In this document: in pieces, positions 61,948 through 64,000 of the stretch | Position numbering within the stretch: position 1 is the stretch's first letter | Layout: each line of letters starts with the position of its first letter | NCBI GenBank assembly: GCA_037190965.1 | Contig: JBBCKI010000015.1 | Span: 1-64,000, forward strand | Direction of reading: 5' to 3' | Origin: Chthoniobacteraceae bacterium | GTDB taxonomy: Bacteria > Verrucomicrobiota > Verrucomicrobiia > Chthoniobacterales > Chthoniobacteraceae | DNA length: 64,000 nucleotides | Translations under genes and position numbers: made by a program | Notes under the pieces: generated by a model | The model's input: the letters and a program-made list of their open reading frames with translations, nothing else | The model's database searches: none | What the model was told of the DNA's origin: nothing

Positions 61948-62844
61948 TCAATCTCCCGAACTGAGGGCTTCCAGCCTCTTTTTGATGGTGTAGTGGCGAT
62001 TGTCGCGCGGGTACTTTGCGAGGAATTTTTTGTAATACTCCGCCGCCAGTTCATTGCGGCCTTCGACCCGAGCGAGTTCGCCGATGGAAACCCAGGTTGC
62101 CGCTTCAGTTTGCCAACGAGTAATCCCCTCCTTTTCCGCCGTGAGAAGATGGAAGATCGCCCTCGCGCGGCTCCGTTCCATTTCAGAGAACTGAATATAG
62201 GCGTTCCCTAGGTTAAGGTGGTAATCGCGCTTTCCTGAAGGAGATTGAAGTCGAGGAGCCAGGGACTCCAGAGCCGCAAATCGTCTCGCCCGCTCCTCGC
62301 TCGAAATGTTTTCGTAGAGATCAATCAAAACCAGCGAGGAGGCGCTTCGATCAGCAATGGGATTACCCGGATATTCTTCGAGCAGCCGATGATAAAGCGT
62401 CCGGGCGTCCTTCAGCCTGGGCGGCTGGGCGTGCATCTCATGCAAGCGCGCGAGAAAATAGGTGGCGAATATCGCGATTTCGCCATTGTCCCGGTTGCCG
62501 GATAATCTTTCGAGTTTGATCCGGGCCTTTTCGATATTGCCGCGCGTGCGAGGCTGGACGTTAAGCAAAGTAACGGCATCGCCCAATTCCCGTTCGAGTT
62601 CGTCGGTTCCCATGAGCCCTTTGGCCGCCACAAAACGCCGATTGGCCTCGCTGACGAGGAAACTCGAGGCTTCGAGCCATGCCGCGTCGAGTTCGGCCCT
62701 TTCCGCCTTGTAGCTCTCCCCGGCATGCGCGGCGCCGATCATCAGAACGGTGCATACGATCACGCTGGCAGCCATTTGCCCGGCAATAAATTCAGTCGCA
62801 CGGCTAATCCTCAATAGCCCCATATGCCTCTCATTTCGTTTCAT
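61948..62844 (-). CDS. Secreted TPR protein
   Basis: Signal-like segment ending AHA; ARTLYHRLLEEYP and AAEYYKKFLAKYP TPR units. Confidence 0.75.
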   Translation of the reverse strand: MKRNERHMGLLRISRATEFIAGQMAASVIVCTVLMIGAAHAGESYKAERAELDAAWLEASSFLVSEANRRFVAAKGLMGTDELERELGDAVTLLNVQPRTRGNIEKARIKLERLSGNRDNGEIAIFATYFLARLHEMHAQPPRLKDARTLYHRLLEEYPGNPIADRSASSLVLIDLYENISSEERARRFAALESLAPRLQSPSGKRDYHLNLGNAYIQFSEMERSRARAIFHLLTAEKEGITRWQTEAATWVSIGELARVEGRNELAAEYYKKFLAKYPRDNRHYTIKKRLEALSSGD

Positions 62845-64000
62845 GGCTATTCTTCGAAATTCGCAGACTAATCAAAAAATACGGAGTAAACCGGATTTCT
62901 TCAACGGTCACTGCTTCTTCCCGCTTCTCGGAAAGATCAGTTATAGATGCGGCGTATCCCTCAGCCAGACGCAGCTTGGCGCTGCCGCGGCGACCCATCG
63001 TTTCATGAAGGCGCAGAATCCACCCCCGGCCATCTTCGGCAGGTTTCGCCCAGGAAGGGACAAGGGTCTCGCCCCCTTCCAGACCAAGGAAACCCGCCTG
63101 TACCGCTTCTCCACGGTAACGCACCGGTTCCGTAAACAGCGTCTCAGCCAAAGCAGCGCCCAGGTGCTCTCGCGAAGCATCGGGGGATTGGAAATAGAGC
63201 GCCATCCGAATGGTGTGGTGCCCGAGGTCGGAGTAAACCGAACGCCCTCCCCCATGCCTTAGCGAAGCCGGAAAAATCGAACCGTGCCCCCGGTCCTCAC
63301 CTGTTACGCGAGGCGAACGGAGCAGCGAGACACCCAGCACCCCATTCCATGCGGAGAAGCCGTATTTCGCTTCCGTCACGACACCCAGCCCTTCCGTCTC
63401 GCCGTCGTCTCCGATGACCGCCCAGCGGCTGGCGGGGCCTTCAAACATCGCCTCTTCTCTCGAATTGCCGGGCTGCTGCCCCCGGAGCACGCTCCCAAAC
63501 GGTGTCCCAAAACGGGCATTGCGCCCGGAATATGCGGTCGGGAAAAGGAGACGCAGGAGCGCTTGCTCATCACGCCAGTCGACCTCAATTTCAACGCGAA
63601 GCACGGGGTTGAATGCATCGAGCCGGTAGCGAATGACGGCCTCGCTACGCTCCGATAACCTCCGCCGGAATTCCACCACCCCTTCCTCGCGCGAGCAGAC
63701 CGCCACGAAGGCCTCCGCTGTGGAATCAACGACACGGCCCAGACTCAAATTCTGACGATCGATATCCCACGCCTCGAATTCGGCGGGAAAATCGGGATAA
63801 ATTGTCAATGCTCCCAGCGCCCCGGAAAGTGCGACTTCCTTTCCACCAAATGAAAGAGCGGCAATTTGTCCCATCGAGTCAAAAGCGACCCTGACATGAT
63901 CACTGGCCATCTCGAGAGGTGTGGCCTCCACCGCCCCTGCCTCTCCCGGCACGGGCAAACTATGAATCGGAGCACCCGAGAGCGGAGGCAGCGTAACAGC
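62831..64000 (-). CDS. GH38 alpha-mannosidase, C-terminal part (5' partial)
   Basis: FEAWDID, VDW.....LR..FP, FE.P..RWA, EAKYGFS, SLLRSP, KPAEDG...ILRLHE. Confidence 0.9.
   Translation of the reverse strand, partial: AVTLPPLSGAPIHSLPVPGEAGAVEATPLEMASDHVRVAFDSMGQIAALSFGGKEVALSGALGALTIYPDFPAEFEAWDIDRQNLSLGRVVDSTAEAFVAVCSREEGVVEFRRRLSERSEAVIRYRLDAFNPVLRVEIEVDWRDEQALLRLLFPTAYSGRNARFGTPFGSVLRGQQPGNSREEAMFEGPASRWAVIGDDGETEGLGVVTEAKYGFSAWNGVLGVSLLRSPRVTGEDRGHGSIFPASLRHGGGRSVYSDLGHHTIRMALYFQSPDASREHLGAALAETLFTEPVRYRGEAVQAGFLGLEGGETLVPSWAKPAEDGRGWILRLHETMGRRGSAKLRLAEGYAASITDLSEKREEAVTVEEIRFTPYFLISLRISKNSHETK

Overview
A 64-kb, mostly GC-rich bacterial chromosomal window. It is probably from Verrucomicrobiota, inferred from three PEP-CTERM-type proteins, autotransporter-associated beta-strand repeats and GntR-HTH/LacI-sensor hybrid regulators. 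In order it holds: a partial PEP-CTERM repeat surface protein; panE, an SDR, a LysR and a DUF2917-like gene; a secreted 16-aa tandem-repeat protein; a PAS histidine kinase with an Rcp1-like receiver; a complete jetABCD (Wadjet) SMC defence operon; a PrsW protease; rsgA and yihA; kdpABCDE; and a REP/REPIN-like palindrome element. Next come a four-gene operon (J-domain-only protein plus three unknowns) resembling a very divergent atcJABC cold-adaptation/chaperone system, and a giant DUF3857-transglutaminase-TPR gene apparently split by one extra base. These are followed by yjbQ, a decayed LysR facing an intact prpBCD operon, a LytS/LytTR pair, a DHDPS-family lyase, tRNA-Ser(CGA) with likely integration-scar cargo (BNR glycosidase, SGNH esterase, regulator, PEP-CTERM protein), an internally deleted HAD pseudogene, and a GH38 alpha-mannosidase/TPR/ABC sugar-uptake operon. 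All family assignments come from motif recognition by eye; no database searches were run.
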